64,000 bases of DNA from a virus, in IMG/VR virus record IMGVR_UViG_3300044837_000097, positions 18,716 through 82,715 of that record; one strand, written 5' to 3'. The notes beneath the pieces are model-generated. The model had not been told where the DNA came from. It ran no database searches and saw nothing but the letters and a program-made list of their open reading frames with translations. Below are positions 28,301 to 36,160 of this stretch, in pieces. The translations under genes and the position numbers were made by a program. Every line of letters begins with the position of its first letter. The stretch's first letter is position 1.

Positions 28301-28532
28301 GTTGTATCGTGCCCACGGGCTTCCTGTAGAGTCATGGTCGTTCTCTGACGCTGCAAAGCGAGTAGGGAAGGAAGCCAGCGCACCACCGGAAGCGGAGCAG
28401 ACCGGATTTGGTTTCGGAGCCAACGAAAACACTAGTCCGAAGGAAGCCGGGTTTAGAGGCTTGACCGCACCGGAGCTTAAGAACGGCTCGGCGGTCCACG
28501 CTCTCGACCTCATTAACGCGTTGAAGAAATAG
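22380..28532 (+). CDS. Giant multidomain (polyvalent) ejected protein
   Basis: 2050 aa; NWFDQN repeats; Gly-rich hydrophobic segments; zincin HEHGH; second HDVLGH...GEESAW domain; C-terminal WY...TADMWVSR...LQAVLW domain. Confidence 0.7.
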   Translation: MTDQNSNWFDQNAPGAAPQQGQPAPQQAAPAPTPAPQPAGNWFDQNPAPAATPAAAETEEKAAPAQPQGLWDKIKTAVAGPTTALGTPLGEDQSQELSGLGDILQGNVKQGAGKIWNSEKIDAKNIVPGSPAEWAIRQFDPDFHGGATKEAIAAMKAKNPNAGEKPLLDVAQFIDMKKHPIGKALTEVAQGFTSPENIAIMYGTGGLGLIGQTPKALKAFGTMSRLISAGFAYQALQGAYEHSKAFKEAFDAGDEERAEYELTHAVAGGVIGTQAATHAAEGLPLPGYDKGGKGNAVKPLVELSPTEKKVAGAISTAVGHAADATKNFTAEKLQAATDRVGVVFGRTADFDEAVTRVANMMGKKAGPEFKEKVSNASDDLKQIINEDTTNKIVDPETAAQAVDRHIQGNIEAPLLQEAHATKDSTEPVVPDFKARLNERLDKFFDENAGKYGSPEEEDVIKQRILDRMDRDQDLGNGVKIAREPNLYEAENIRQGLNKEAGSVFEQGTSSGYRAAAAETSNFMREVIDESYKANGVQGVPDARAKEADLIDIRDALRDAQGRFEAQKATPALLKLFSLGKLAGMVGAVGAHFFGSDILGGALAAGSAWKAIHEHNVSNLEGNLERARQLAAREQGASATVPEFNQTPVPPPAGPAGAQIPPNMPPRPTPPQPATRPAVNHTLNGELASYFSEDRATSPEEYNGLLDRFKEKFATMKQSVADLKAKGQELPEAYKDEWKQANELHATIQKEGAKEDAALEKENKKRQDKYVKDSQDWTSQLQTETQKQAELTRQQKDAESQAKIQEEKARVDAILKDERVAHSPLMKSTDEAQPIEGVEGRSSKELHRHEHGHIMANVAEGLNPFTFVAAEHPDAVESGAAAQVHTDVSGAEEGPKGIAQRVVGILGGPAFDEVHQGITIGRNTGARADISRAREILREEGGLKGNQLEKVFDALYDRAKEHVSNPEALALVDANADLREAGLHKNFHMSPGRMEEYVKKLKGAYRNGETPSTEGVREGDSDGGVPQGESAGTGNGGSEQDGAVERTRTEAARKSDEGAEAAAAREERSSVKAAMPPERSTGDAELDKKIKSGGAIPAGRFGPLAMFHHPETGSTLALKPEEITPEAVKEHVAKSTEKYTQGDIRNTARQYNEVRGLPEVNPAPVTEDPRVQEMGRVYDELKHNPNDPKVEASYKAFKNELDHQYDALTKAGFKFDTSKEDPYPSYDAMRQDILRNKHLTAWEGAAPPADHPLAERDPKTGFTYNEKFRLVHDVLGHAAHDADFSGNGEESAWNYHRQMFSPEAQPALAAETRGQVASFTRNGKFPDTQKAVLMPDAYNMRPEDIMKSSLSKTGGNAIKKLENSNEEFARPIGYDSSKPFTNKTAPAVILPDGRIIPARLSHADIAGEAGFKDDFDGVQDLLKHTDGVRVMYPDRGRGNIGIQSHANPNDVQTGTVASVLKHAAEAGIGDGKNFVWDLGAPGKDHVSGSGTINDYRRAIESKGVEKSNLNWAKKVEDEPFGGVNPNDPEAPSKKYAFELSPENRHTPEKLTAQEAQAFAERPDVKELLATHPDIKLGWDTTTQGRPELNIGVSTNDLDTAKKVAGKLDQRAIVDTQTGDEISAGGTGTKTEFPDYPLADRLKDLGIEKSDIAKSPKGSSVPLMENPLPVKGTMEGNEVGTLDLTKALNAYSRKQLPSLEPGSEPKEMVDRAKKIAEDEAKYQLAQSKTGTEWYTTEMKDHDKVLTDLRPELLTGPETTSEAPWTHTAKMTLFKAAEAILSSGQKPYANVKSALRAWDAYNETGEFPRSNPATGKEGMSWGPRGVNAYGSAFDSLNKLIQEKGEKGAADWLLSEHPVKELRSYQSEGQSPVKGKADENETGAMILGAKRGPFMQNLHGIESKFTADMWVSRSWNRWMGTLDLDPRIENKGKMTSESDAPRNNTERTLMNQSFSETANKLGLTTSSLQAVLWYYEQALYRAHGLPVESWSFSDAAKRVGKEASAPPEAEQTGFGFGANENTSPKEAGFRGLTAPELKNGSAVHALDLINALKK
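25396..25590 (+). CDS. Overprinted 64-aa gene nested (+1 frame) in the giant protein gene
   Basis: SD GGAG 25383-86; 48 of 64 codons end in G/C by hand count, while the host frame here becomes a low-complexity linker with atypical codons. Confidence 0.65.
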   Translation: MAKHQAPKEFVKGIPMEEYRKENPLEPETVEANKMGLLKEHAPKLHERATKAQKQQQPEKNAQA

Positions 28533-28535
28533 CCC

Positions 28536-28564
28536 TTGACAATCAGTCGGAAGTGGGATACACT
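28536..28564 (+). promoter_or_regulatory. Sigma70-type promoter
   Basis: TTGACA, 17-nt spacer, TACACT. Confidence 0.75.
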
Positions 28565-28580
28565 CGTATTTGGAGGAATT

Positions 28581-28751
28581 ATGGAAGCGAAACTAGGACC
28601 CACGGAATTCCAAGCCGAAGTTCAAAAGCTGCAAGCTGCGGGTAAGCTGCCGCCGCTGGAAGACCTTTTGAGCGCGGTGTCCGAGGCCCGTGAAAAGTAC
28701 GCTCCACAAATTCTCGAAGCCAGAAAAAAGGGAGACGACGATGGCGCATAG
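28581..28751 (+). CDS. Small helical protein (56 aa)
   Basis: Strong SD GGAGG; MEAKLGPTEFQ...; has its own promoter. Confidence 0.7.
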   Translation: MEAKLGPTEFQAEVQKLQAAGKLPPLEDLLSAVSEAREKYAPQILEARKKGDDDGA

Positions 28752-28929
28752 CGCAGGCAGCGGAGACAAGTTGGCTCGTGGCGCAGTTCGAGCGGTTTAC
28801 ATGGTGCGTGACGAGAAGAGCGTGACGCAGGATGCTTGGGATGCCATGTTTGCAGATTTTGACCCGAAGAAGTTTCAAGAAGAGAAGCCGAAGGTGGAAG
28901 GAAAGAAAGAAATTTCGCGCAAGAGGTAA
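28741..28929 (+). CDS. Small hypothetical protein
   Basis: SD GGGAG; MAHSAGSGDK... Confidence 0.6.
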   Translation: MAHSAGSGDKLARGAVRAVYMVRDEKSVTQDAWDAMFADFDPKKFQEEKPKVEGKKEISRKR

Positions 28930-28931
28930 GC

Positions 28932-29678
28932 ATGAGAGTAGTAGCGGTCCCAGCAGCGAATAGACCGGAACTTCTGGCCTTGACGCTGGAACGCTTGTCT
29001 CAGTCAAACAACCTGCCCGAGGTCCACATTTATGCGGACTCGGTTTCAGAATCCCGCCTCCGAGAGTTCGAGGTCGTTCGCGACCTTTATCTCCCGGAGG
29101 CTTTTTTGTTTCACGCCCGCTCTCACGTTCCGGCGATTTCCGGCGCTTGGAATATCTTGAACTGTTTGAAGGACGCCGCTCGGTGGGCGAATGAGGTTTA
29201 CTTGGTGGAGGAAGACGTGCTGGTCTTTTCGAACTTCTTCGATTGGCACGCAACTCAGACCTCAGACATTTCTTGCGGACGAATTATGCCGAGATACCCA
29301 GACTTCAAGCTGTACACGAACCCGGGGAGCCGCTTCTCTCGTTGCGCGCTCGATGCTTTGGTGCCGCACGTTTGTGACGAGTATTACCGCGATACAGACG
29401 CTTACTGCGATAAAGTGAAGCCGGGGGTCCACATTTCCACGCTAGATGATGGGCTGATTCGCCGAGTGGTCGCTGCGGAGAATTTAACGGTGACGTTCCC
29501 GCCGTCTCCGGTCTGCGCTCACGTTGGATTTCGTTGGCTTGGTCGATTGGACATTTACCAAATCCCGGACGGGACGTTGGAGGAAAGAATTGAGAGGGTC
29601 CGCGAGTTGGTCGCAAACCCCCCGAATAAAGAACGTTACGCGAGAGATTGGGAGCCTTTTACGGTTGGACCCCGATGA
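28932..29678 (+). CDS. GT-A glycosyltransferase (GT13/GT2-like)
   Basis: ANRPELL...VYLVEEDV...FF; C-terminal HVG. Confidence 0.75.
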   Translation: MRVVAVPAANRPELLALTLERLSQSNNLPEVHIYADSVSESRLREFEVVRDLYLPEAFLFHARSHVPAISGAWNILNCLKDAARWANEVYLVEEDVLVFSNFFDWHATQTSDISCGRIMPRYPDFKLYTNPGSRFSRCALDALVPHVCDEYYRDTDAYCDKVKPGVHISTLDDGLIRRVVAAENLTVTFPPSPVCAHVGFRWLGRLDIYQIPDGTLEERIERVRELVANPPNKERYARDWEPFTVGPR

Positions 29679-30013
29679 TTCCCCAATCGTTGACTCTTCC
29701 CGCATCCGTTCAAAAAGAACATCCCAAGCAGCGCGAAGAATAGAAATAGTCCGAGCGCCAGTTTACCCTTAGTAGTTTCGCATTTCATACATAGCTCGCG
29801 AGATTCGTTGTACGTGGTAAACGCTCCACATTTCTTGCACTGCGGCCAATCGACTTCGACCCTCCCGTACTCCGGGCACGGCAGCACGCTCAACGCTCCC
29901 CAATTCAATACCGGACTAGAACGCCCCAATGCTTTGAGTTCCGCCGCTCGGATGCGCGGGTTATGTTCGTGATAGAACGACTGGCCCGGGTAATCTTCAA
30001 TGGTAGATTTCAT
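29636..30013 (-). CDS. Hypothetical membrane protein with Zn ribbon
   Basis: CKKC...CMKC plus a hydrophobic segment. Confidence 0.5.
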   Translation of the reverse strand: MKSTIEDYPGQSFYHEHNPRIRAAELKALGRSSPVLNWGALSVLPCPEYGRVEVDWPQCKKCGAFTTYNESRELCMKCETTKGKLALGLFLFFALLGMFFLNGCGKSQRLGNHRGPTVKGSQSLA

Positions 30014-30185
30014 GGACGATTATCACCTTGGTTGGATAATGATTGACGGACGGCCCACACCTGCACTGCAAAGACAGTTCGTGGCCCTTCATCAGGTAGC
30101 CCTCGATTGCCGGAGCGACGTGGACCGCGCTGTTCGCGTCGTGGAATGTTTTCCACTGGATGTGGGGGATGTCTTTACCCGGCAT
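29997..30185 (-). CDS. Small hypothetical protein
   Basis: 62 aa, H...CRCGP motif. Confidence 0.5.
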   Translation of the reverse strand: MPGKDIPHIQWKTFHDANSAVHVAPAIEGYLMKGHELSLQCRCGPSVNHYPTKVIIVHEIYH

Positions 30186-30363
30186 TTTTCTTCTCCACGA
30201 ATCGGCAGAACACCACGCCGTAAAAACGGTCGTTATCTTTGGTCAAGTTCACCGAGACGACCTCTTGGTTCTCGCTATCCTCAATCAGTTCCAACTCCCC
30301 TTCCATACGTCTGACGATGGAGTGGAATTCTTTATCAACATATTTGAACGAGTGGATTATCAT
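30175..30363 (-). CDS. Small hypothetical protein
   Basis: ATGA overlap with the NAMPT stop codon. Confidence 0.5.
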   Translation of the reverse strand: MIIHSFKYVDKEFHSIVRRMEGELELIEDSENQEVVSVNLTKDNDRFYGVVFCRFVEKKNAG

Positions 30364-31919
30364 GCTTGCCCTCTCACGCGCTGGCGGATTGCATCGAAGG
30401 TATCGTCCAACAGCAGCGCGCCATTGAAGACCTTCTTGAAGACAGTGTCGCACTCGAACCCGTCCAAGAGGCGCGGGTCCAGAGTTTCGACGACCTCAAT
30501 CTGGTCGTCGCGCTCCGGGTTGAAGACGGCTACCGGTATGCCACGGTGCGATTTCTTGTGCGCGTTGTCGGTGACCGGGTCTTTGAAGATTGCCTCCACG
30601 CGGGGAACGCATTCGTACCCGGTTCCGTTCTCGTCGGTAATAATCCAACGCTCAATCGCCGTTGCTTTGAAAGCGAAGTTATAAGTGTCGCGGGTCACGT
30701 ATTGATATGTGTACGAGCCGATGCCGAAGACGAAGTTGTACGGGTGAAATTCTTTCTTCGCTGCGCGAGTGAGAATTTGGTCGGCTCTATCCACGGTAAT
30801 CGAATCGCCGTAAATGAGTCCCGCTTTATTAATCATCTTCAAAAAATTCGTGGTGTAAGCCGCTCTGGTGTAACCAAGGGCAGCAGACAGTAGATGCGCC
30901 GCTCCGTGCCATTCAGGTGAATACGGAACAGCGTTGTCGTCACCCGTAAGAATCTTCACCGGGTCGCCGCTGTCAGGACGGATGACAACTTTACCATCGC
31001 GGGCAAGGATGCTGTCTTTTAAACTGGGGATGATTTCGGTTAAAACCTTCCAAAGGTCCCAAGTGTCCGAGACGATGGAGACGATGCCGTTCGGATACAC
31101 GTCCTCAATCAGACGGCGGAACGTTTCGCGCTCCGATTCCTTCGACCCGGCGCACATCACGCTGTGCTCCGTGGCCGGAACCGAGCCGCCACACGAAAGA
31201 TTGGCATGGTAGTATTTCTTCGCATCCAGAATCGCCGGGAGCGTGTCGGTGCCGTTGAACGAGAGCAAGTGCCCCATACCACTTAGCACCGCGCTGTCGA
31301 ATCCGCTGAGTCCACGGTAAGAGAAGTCGTGGCCTTGCCAGTCGATGAAGCTGAGGTCGGTCTCCCCGGCTGCCTTCGCGTGCTTTTTGAAGAGGCGACG
31401 ATAACGAAGCGCCGTGGAAGCTGAGGTGCACGCGTGCCAGAGGCTGTTGGAGCACATCGTCTCGATGTAATTCGGGAGCCAGAAGGCCCAATCTTGGTTG
31501 TTCACAATGACCATCGCGGGAACTCCGAGCGGGACATACGTGCCCTCCGGTACCGCATAAATGTCGAGCGGGAGTGAGCCGTGGTCGAACAACTGCTTGA
31601 TGTGGTCCACACGGGCATCGACACCGAGCGTGGCCTTCATCACTTTCTTGTACTCGCGCTCCACATCGACCCACTCCCGGTCAAAGAAATAGTCGTTGAA
31701 CTGTTGAATCAGCACTCGCTTGATGAAGCGTTGAAGACCGAAAAAGATAACTCCGGTCTCGCCTTCCACACGAGTACTACGAGGCGTGAAGTTCACCCAG
31801 ATTTTCTTGATGCCCTTCGGATACTGGTCAACGTGTCCGAACTTGTAAAAGTCGATGAGGAAAATCGGGTTCGTATCGTCCCACCATGCTTCGCCTTTGA
31901 AGTCTGTGTAGTCGCCCAT
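30360..31919 (-). CDS. nadV: Nicotinamide phosphoribosyltransferase-family enzyme (NAMPT/Namat-like)
   Basis: DFYKFGH, HDFSYRG, SVPATEHSVM, SIVSDTWD, VIRPDSGDP, IYGDSIT, FGIGS. Confidence 0.93.
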   Translation of the reverse strand: MGDYTDFKGEAWWDDTNPIFLIDFYKFGHVDQYPKGIKKIWVNFTPRSTRVEGETGVIFFGLQRFIKRVLIQQFNDYFFDREWVDVEREYKKVMKATLGVDARVDHIKQLFDHGSLPLDIYAVPEGTYVPLGVPAMVIVNNQDWAFWLPNYIETMCSNSLWHACTSASTALRYRRLFKKHAKAAGETDLSFIDWQGHDFSYRGLSGFDSAVLSGMGHLLSFNGTDTLPAILDAKKYYHANLSCGGSVPATEHSVMCAGSKESERETFRRLIEDVYPNGIVSIVSDTWDLWKVLTEIIPSLKDSILARDGKVVIRPDSGDPVKILTGDDNAVPYSPEWHGAAHLLSAALGYTRAAYTTNFLKMINKAGLIYGDSITVDRADQILTRAAKKEFHPYNFVFGIGSYTYQYVTRDTYNFAFKATAIERWIITDENGTGYECVPRVEAIFKDPVTDNAHKKSHRGIPVAVFNPERDDQIEVVETLDPRLLDGFECDTVFKKVFNGALLLDDTFDAIRQRVRGQA

Positions 31920-32778
31920 CTCTCACCTCGTTGAACGTGTCGTATTCCTGTCCCTTGATGCTGTAACCGGAAATGTACAACTCGGTGATTCCGCCGTCCG
32001 CCGCCAGCACTTGAGTGCCTTTGGAGAAGATACCGTGGCTGACGTACAGCGCCAGTTTTATATTCGGATTCTTTTTCTTGATGAGTTGGCCCAACCCGAC
32101 GAAGGTTCCGCCGCCATCGCAGATGTCATCAATAATCAGAGCGGACTTGTAATACTTGATGCCGGAACCAATCTTGAATCCGGTCAGTTTGCCCGTCGCC
32201 GCATCTCGAATCTTGCCAGCGACCAGTACAGGCAGTTTATACTTGCTGAGGTCGTAACGCTTCGCCGCGCCAACGTCCGGGAGCACCAGCACCAAACTCT
32301 TCTTGCCCATATCCTGAATGATTGGAAGAAGTTGGTCGGTGGGTTCATAGGTTGGCAGCACGTTCACGATACCGTACGCCCTCGCTAGTCCCGCATTGTG
32401 AGCATCGAAGGTCCATACGCTAGTGAACTCCAACGCCTCGATAAATTTCATGAAGATTCCGAAACCGTGAGAGTCGCCATCCACGAAGCGGCGGTCAGCG
32501 CGGGCGTACGGCAGATATGGAAGAAAAAGACTACGCTCTCGAAACAGTCGGCCCTTCGTTTTAAACGCGGTGTACTGAATCGCGTCGTTCAGTTGCGCGA
32601 GTTCAATCACATCCGGGATGGGATTGGCGACGATTTCGTACGCGTCCACGCCGTCCTTCAAAACCGCTGCGATGCCGTTCGCAGTCAAGCGGGTCTGGAT
32701 TTCCCCAGCCGGATACTTGATGACCTCATACAACTTGCCTCGGTCATCAGGAATGTTGAATTTCATTTTCATTCTCAT
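31828..32778 (-). CDS. prs: Ribose-phosphate pyrophosphokinase-family enzyme (Prs/Adps-like)
   Basis: YPAGE, PYLPYARADR, PDVGAAKR, IIDDICDGGGTF, YVSHGIFS. Confidence 0.9.
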   Translation of the reverse strand: MRMKMKFNIPDDRGKLYEVIKYPAGEIQTRLTANGIAAVLKDGVDAYEIVANPIPDVIELAQLNDAIQYTAFKTKGRLFRERSLFLPYLPYARADRRFVDGDSHGFGIFMKFIEALEFTSVWTFDAHNAGLARAYGIVNVLPTYEPTDQLLPIIQDMGKKSLVLVLPDVGAAKRYDLSKYKLPVLVAGKIRDAATGKLTGFKIGSGIKYYKSALIIDDICDGGGTFVGLGQLIKKKNPNIKLALYVSHGIFSKGTQVLAADGGITELYISGYSIKGQEYDTFNEVRDGRLHRLQRRSMVGRYEPDFPHRLLQVRTR

Positions 32779-32826
32779 TTTCTTTTCCTTTGATTTTCAA
32801 CCACGCGATAAATTCCAGCGCGGCCT

Positions 32827-33207
32827 TTAACCCTCGTGTTTTTCTTCCGGGTCCTTAAAACCCATCCGCTTCGCAGTCTTCCGGCACTTCGCCATCGTCT
32901 CCTCGTACGCCTTTATCGGGCAGTAATACTTATTGAAGTGAACTTCCCACCAACCCAAATCCGAATCGTGGACCACGAAGTAGCCAGCGCCGTTGCCCGT
33001 CTTGATGACCGCGACGTAAACCGCGTCTCGGCCTGCATAGCTCATATTCTCGATAATCCGCCACGCTTGCATCATCGCCGCGCCATCTTCCCAGCGATAC
33101 AATTCATTCAACTCGCCGTTGGCATAATCGTAGAGGATGCCGCCCCATTCGTACGGCGCGAGATAGTTATACAACCGCGCCCAAAGCTGGATGAGCCAGC
33201 GTTTCAC
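32827..33207 (-). CDS. Hypothetical protein
   Basis: GTG start after GAGGAAGG, overlapping the upstream stop. Confidence 0.55.
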   Translation of the reverse strand: MKRWLIQLWARLYNYLAPYEWGGILYDYANGELNELYRWEDGAAMMQAWRIIENMSYAGRDAVYVAVIKTGNGAGYFVVHDSDLGWWEVHFNKYYCPIKAYEETMAKCRKTAKRMGFKDPEEKHEG

Positions 33208-33650
33208 GATACCTTCCTCCTCGCGCGGCCAAGTTCCCAAGCGATTCGACAAAGGCGTCGAATCTCGGGACTCTTGGTCGTGTCCCACGAATTGAACCAG
33301 TCCTCGAAACGGTCAAATAGCGGCGTTGACTCCGCGCGACGTGCCTCGGATTGTAGGTCGATGATGACCTTGCCGAGCGCGCCGATGTCAACCGGATAAT
33401 ACTTGCCCTCTATCCAAACGCCGAAGCCGTGAGGCGCACCGCCGACAATCTCTAAAGGCTGCGGTGCTTGGTTCACCACCTTCAACTTGGATGCGAGAAA
33501 TGCGCCCTTCTGCCTGATGGCCTCCCCGCTCTCCATCGAGACCGACGCGAACGTGTTTTTTCTAAACGTGAACAAATCAACCACTGTGCCGACCCCGGCC
33601 CAGTAGCAGTTTAGCTCTTTTGTGACTAAAACCTTGTCTCCGATGTTCAT
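33204..33650 (-). CDS. Hypothetical protein
   Basis: 148 aa, ATGA overlap with the integrase. Confidence 0.6.
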   Translation of the reverse strand: MNIGDKVLVTKELNCYWAGVGTVVDLFTFRKNTFASVSMESGEAIRQKGAFLASKLKVVNQAPQPLEIVGGAPHGFGVWIEGKYYPVDIGALGKVIIDLQSEARRAESTPLFDRFEDWFNSWDTTKSPEIRRLCRIAWELGRARRKVS

Positions 33651-34525
33651 AGTTGAAACCCCAGTCCGGCTTTTTCAGACCAATCTTTGCGTGCAGCGAT
33701 TTCGTTGCCGACCTTCGTATATCGAGCGGTGACATCTTTTCCGGCGTGACCCGCCCAAAACTTAATAAGAGATTCCGGCACGCTGGCGAGTTCGAGGTGC
33801 GTGATACGGAAGCGGCGTAGCGCATGAAAGCCTTCGATGCCGAGCGCCTTGAACTTGCGGCGATACGTGCTCTCTGAATCGGGGAACATTGGGCCTTCCA
33901 AATTCGCGAATTGCGAACGCAGAAGGGCGTTGACTTCCGGGTGCAGGTCCACGGTGCGTTTCCCGGCCTTGGTCTTGGGTGCGGGCTGAAATGTGCCCAT
34001 AACGAGGGTCCCAGAGACCGTAATCGACCCTTGTATGGGGTCCCAGACGTTCCCTTGCCCGATAGCCAGCGTCTCTCCGATTCTAAGGCCCGTGGAGGCT
34101 AGGATGGCTACCAAGGCTTGGATAGAGCCGTTTGTCGTTTCTAGGGCATTCTGGAGCGTTTGGGAAGCCGTTATGGGGGCCTTCTGGGTGTCCGGGTCCA
34201 CCTTTGGGGCCTTGATGAAGTCCGAGTTCCAAACCACCGGGTGGAGGCAGTTGCCGCGCGAATCCACCGCGCTCTTGACAATCTGCTTTACAAGGGTGAC
34301 CGCCAAGCTTATCGTGGCGGGACTGAGTTCAGCCTCCGCGAGACGGCTGACCAGCGACTTAGCGGTCTTGTTGTCCACCTCCGCAAGGTCCAACCCACCG
34401 ATGGCGGGAAGGATGCGGCGGTCCAGAAGAGAACGATAAACGTGGAGGGTATTGGGACGTGCGGCCCCCGCGATGTCGGCAATATACGCCTCGGCTTGTT
34501 CTGCAAACGTCAATGCGCTCTCCAT
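33647..34525 (-). CDS. int: Tyrosine recombinase/integrase
   Basis: TGLRIGE, PKTKAGKR, FHALRR, AGH, TARY catalytic set. Confidence 0.9.
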   Translation of the reverse strand: MESALTFAEQAEAYIADIAGAARPNTLHVYRSLLDRRILPAIGGLDLAEVDNKTAKSLVSRLAEAELSPATISLAVTLVKQIVKSAVDSRGNCLHPVVWNSDFIKAPKVDPDTQKAPITASQTLQNALETTNGSIQALVAILASTGLRIGETLAIGQGNVWDPIQGSITVSGTLVMGTFQPAPKTKAGKRTVDLHPEVNALLRSQFANLEGPMFPDSESTYRRKFKALGIEGFHALRRFRITHLELASVPESLIKFWAGHAGKDVTARYTKVGNEIAARKDWSEKAGLGFQL

Positions 34526-34531
34526 GACGAG

Positions 34532-34560
34532 AGTGTCTCAAAGTTTCCGACTTTTGTCAA
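34532..34560 (-). promoter_or_regulatory. Promoter for a leaderless integrase mRNA
   Basis: TTGACA, 17-nt spacer, GACACT, then 6 nt, then ATG; no SD. Confidence 0.65.
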
Positions 34561-34794
34561 GAACTATTTTCGGTATTTATTATAGCTCCCGTATTTTACG
34601 GGCAAACCACGGCTTTCTAAAATTTCAATTGTCCTTTATGGGCAGTTTTTGCATCCAACTCAACAAGCTCCGCGCGTAAATTCTCGTCCATTGGTTCCGG
34701 GCATGTAAACTCCCCGGCTGGTGCGCGTTGCCACGTTACGCCGCCCCGACTGCCGCTTTTAAGCGGTAGAATGTCCGAAACATTTCACTTCTTC

Positions 34795-34974
34795 TCATCG
34801 TCTCGCTCCCGGGCACTCTTTCAATCCGCACGAGTAGTCCGTGGGCGACTTGGCGCATATGTCGCCACAGTCGCACGGCCTCGGGTCGTGCTGTCGTCGA
34901 ATCAAAGAGAAGACGACGAGGAACAACACCGCGAAGATGTACATCCCAATCCGGTAGTAGTATCCCGGCTTCAC
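34795..34974 (-). CDS. 59-aa membrane protein with Cys-rich tail (not in the ORF track)
   Basis: MKPGYYYRIGMYIFAVLFLVVFSLIRR...CDCGDIC...C...C; GTGA overlap. Confidence 0.5.
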   Translation of the reverse strand: MKPGYYYRIGMYIFAVLFLVVFSLIRRQHDPRPCDCGDICAKSPTDYSCGLKECPGARR

Positions 34975-35165
34975 TCTTTTTCAGCCGAGTGAATCAACAG
35001 AACGCCCGCGCCCAAAATAAACAGAAGGGCGTAAGCGAGCAACACATCGGGATTGTGGATTTGAGGCTCGTTAGTTCTGCCGATAGCAAGGCCAAGCGAG
35101 ACCAGTGTGCCGAAAAACCCGACCAACGCAAACACTGCACCGAAGATTGCTTTTGCTAGTTTCAT
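34971..35165 (-). CDS. Small two-TM membrane protein
   Basis: Two hydrophobic helices. Confidence 0.6.
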   Translation of the reverse strand: MKLAKAIFGAVFALVGFFGTLVSLGLAIGRTNEPQIHNPDVLLAYALLFILGAGVLLIHSAEKE

Positions 35166-35337
35166 TTTCCCCTCGCATTCTGATTCAAAATTTCGATGTC
35201 ATTCAAATGTTTTGCTTTCTCTTCCTGCTTCTTTTTCTGCTGTCTTTCTTCTGCGTCCTGAATGCTGAGTTCTAGATTGGGGTAATAAGCGCCGAACAAA
35301 ACTCTATTGATGACATCTAATTCACTAATTCTGGGCA

Positions 35338-35823
35338 TCAATGCACCGCCTCAAAATAGTTGTCAATCAGAACTTGCCGGAACGCGCCTTGCATATCGAG
35401 TTGAATCATGCACGAGCGCCAGTAGCGCCCGTGGTCGATGGGTTCCCCGTCCAAGGTGACATCCTCGCCCCACGTCTTGACGTGGCACATTTCGTGCAGC
35501 ATGGTGAGTTGTCCGGTTCGAGCGGCGACTACGGAGGTCTCATTGAAATGAATGATGAAGCTGCCGTCCGACATCTTCATCGTGCTGGCCATCCACTTCG
35601 GATTCGTCTCCAACATGTCGATGACCAGAACTTGAGGGAGTTTCTTTCCAAAGTATCCAACGTTATAGACCTCGTACAAACTTTGCATGTACGCAGCGTC
35701 CACTACTCCATTGGCGTTGGCTGTGGCCCGGACAGGAACGAGGTGTTCCTGCCCGCAGCCGAACAACCACGAACAAAGAACCGCCAGAGCTATCGTGAGC
35801 AGAACTTTTGTTCGAGTAGACAT
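35338..35823 (-). CDS. SprT-like zinc metalloprotease with lipoprotein signal
   Basis: MSTRTKVLLTIALAVLCSWLFGC lipobox; YNVGYFG...LHEMCH...HGRYW. Confidence 0.7.
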   Translation of the reverse strand: MSTRTKVLLTIALAVLCSWLFGCGQEHLVPVRATANANGVVDAAYMQSLYEVYNVGYFGKKLPQVLVIDMLETNPKWMASTMKMSDGSFIIHFNETSVVAARTGQLTMLHEMCHVKTWGEDVTLDGEPIDHGRYWRSCMIQLDMQGAFRQVLIDNYFEAVH

Positions 35824-35824
35824 G

Positions 35825-36160
35825 TTAGTAGCGGCCTCCCGAGTTAGCCCAATACAGAACCTTTGAGCCGACTGGCAGGTGGCGGTTGGAACTGGTGGAC
35901 TGGATGAAGATTTCCCAGTCACCGTGGTCCCCCGGAGACAGTTTAATCGTGCCTTGCGTCGGCAAGCCGAGCAAGTCGCGAGCACTCTGTCCGGCGTAAA
36001 CTGCGCCGTCCCTGCGGTTGCGAATCACAATCAGCTTCGAGGCTTGAACGGCCTTCTCGGTCTTCACCAACTCGTAGAATGCGGAGCCGCGCTGATACGC
36101 CGTGCGCGTCTTCTTTTCCACAAACGGCCCGATTTCAACGACACGATACCCGTTACTCAA
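35825..36160 (-). CDS. Stand-alone C-terminal domain of a phage vWA-family protein
   Basis: GSAFYELVKTE...ARDLLGLP...FIQSTSSNRHL; TTG start after GGAG. Confidence 0.55.
   Translation of the reverse strand: MSNGYRVVEIGPFVEKKTRTAYQRGSAFYELVKTEKAVQASKLIVIRNRRDGAVYAGQSARDLLGLPTQGTIKLSPGDHGDWEIFIQSTSSNRHLPVGSKVLYWANSGGRY

Noticed and set aside
34795-34915. Structured ncRNA or tRNA near the integrase
   Set aside because: The hairpins fall inside a plausible 59-aa coupled ORF; no cloverleaf or T-loop was found here or elsewhere by eye.
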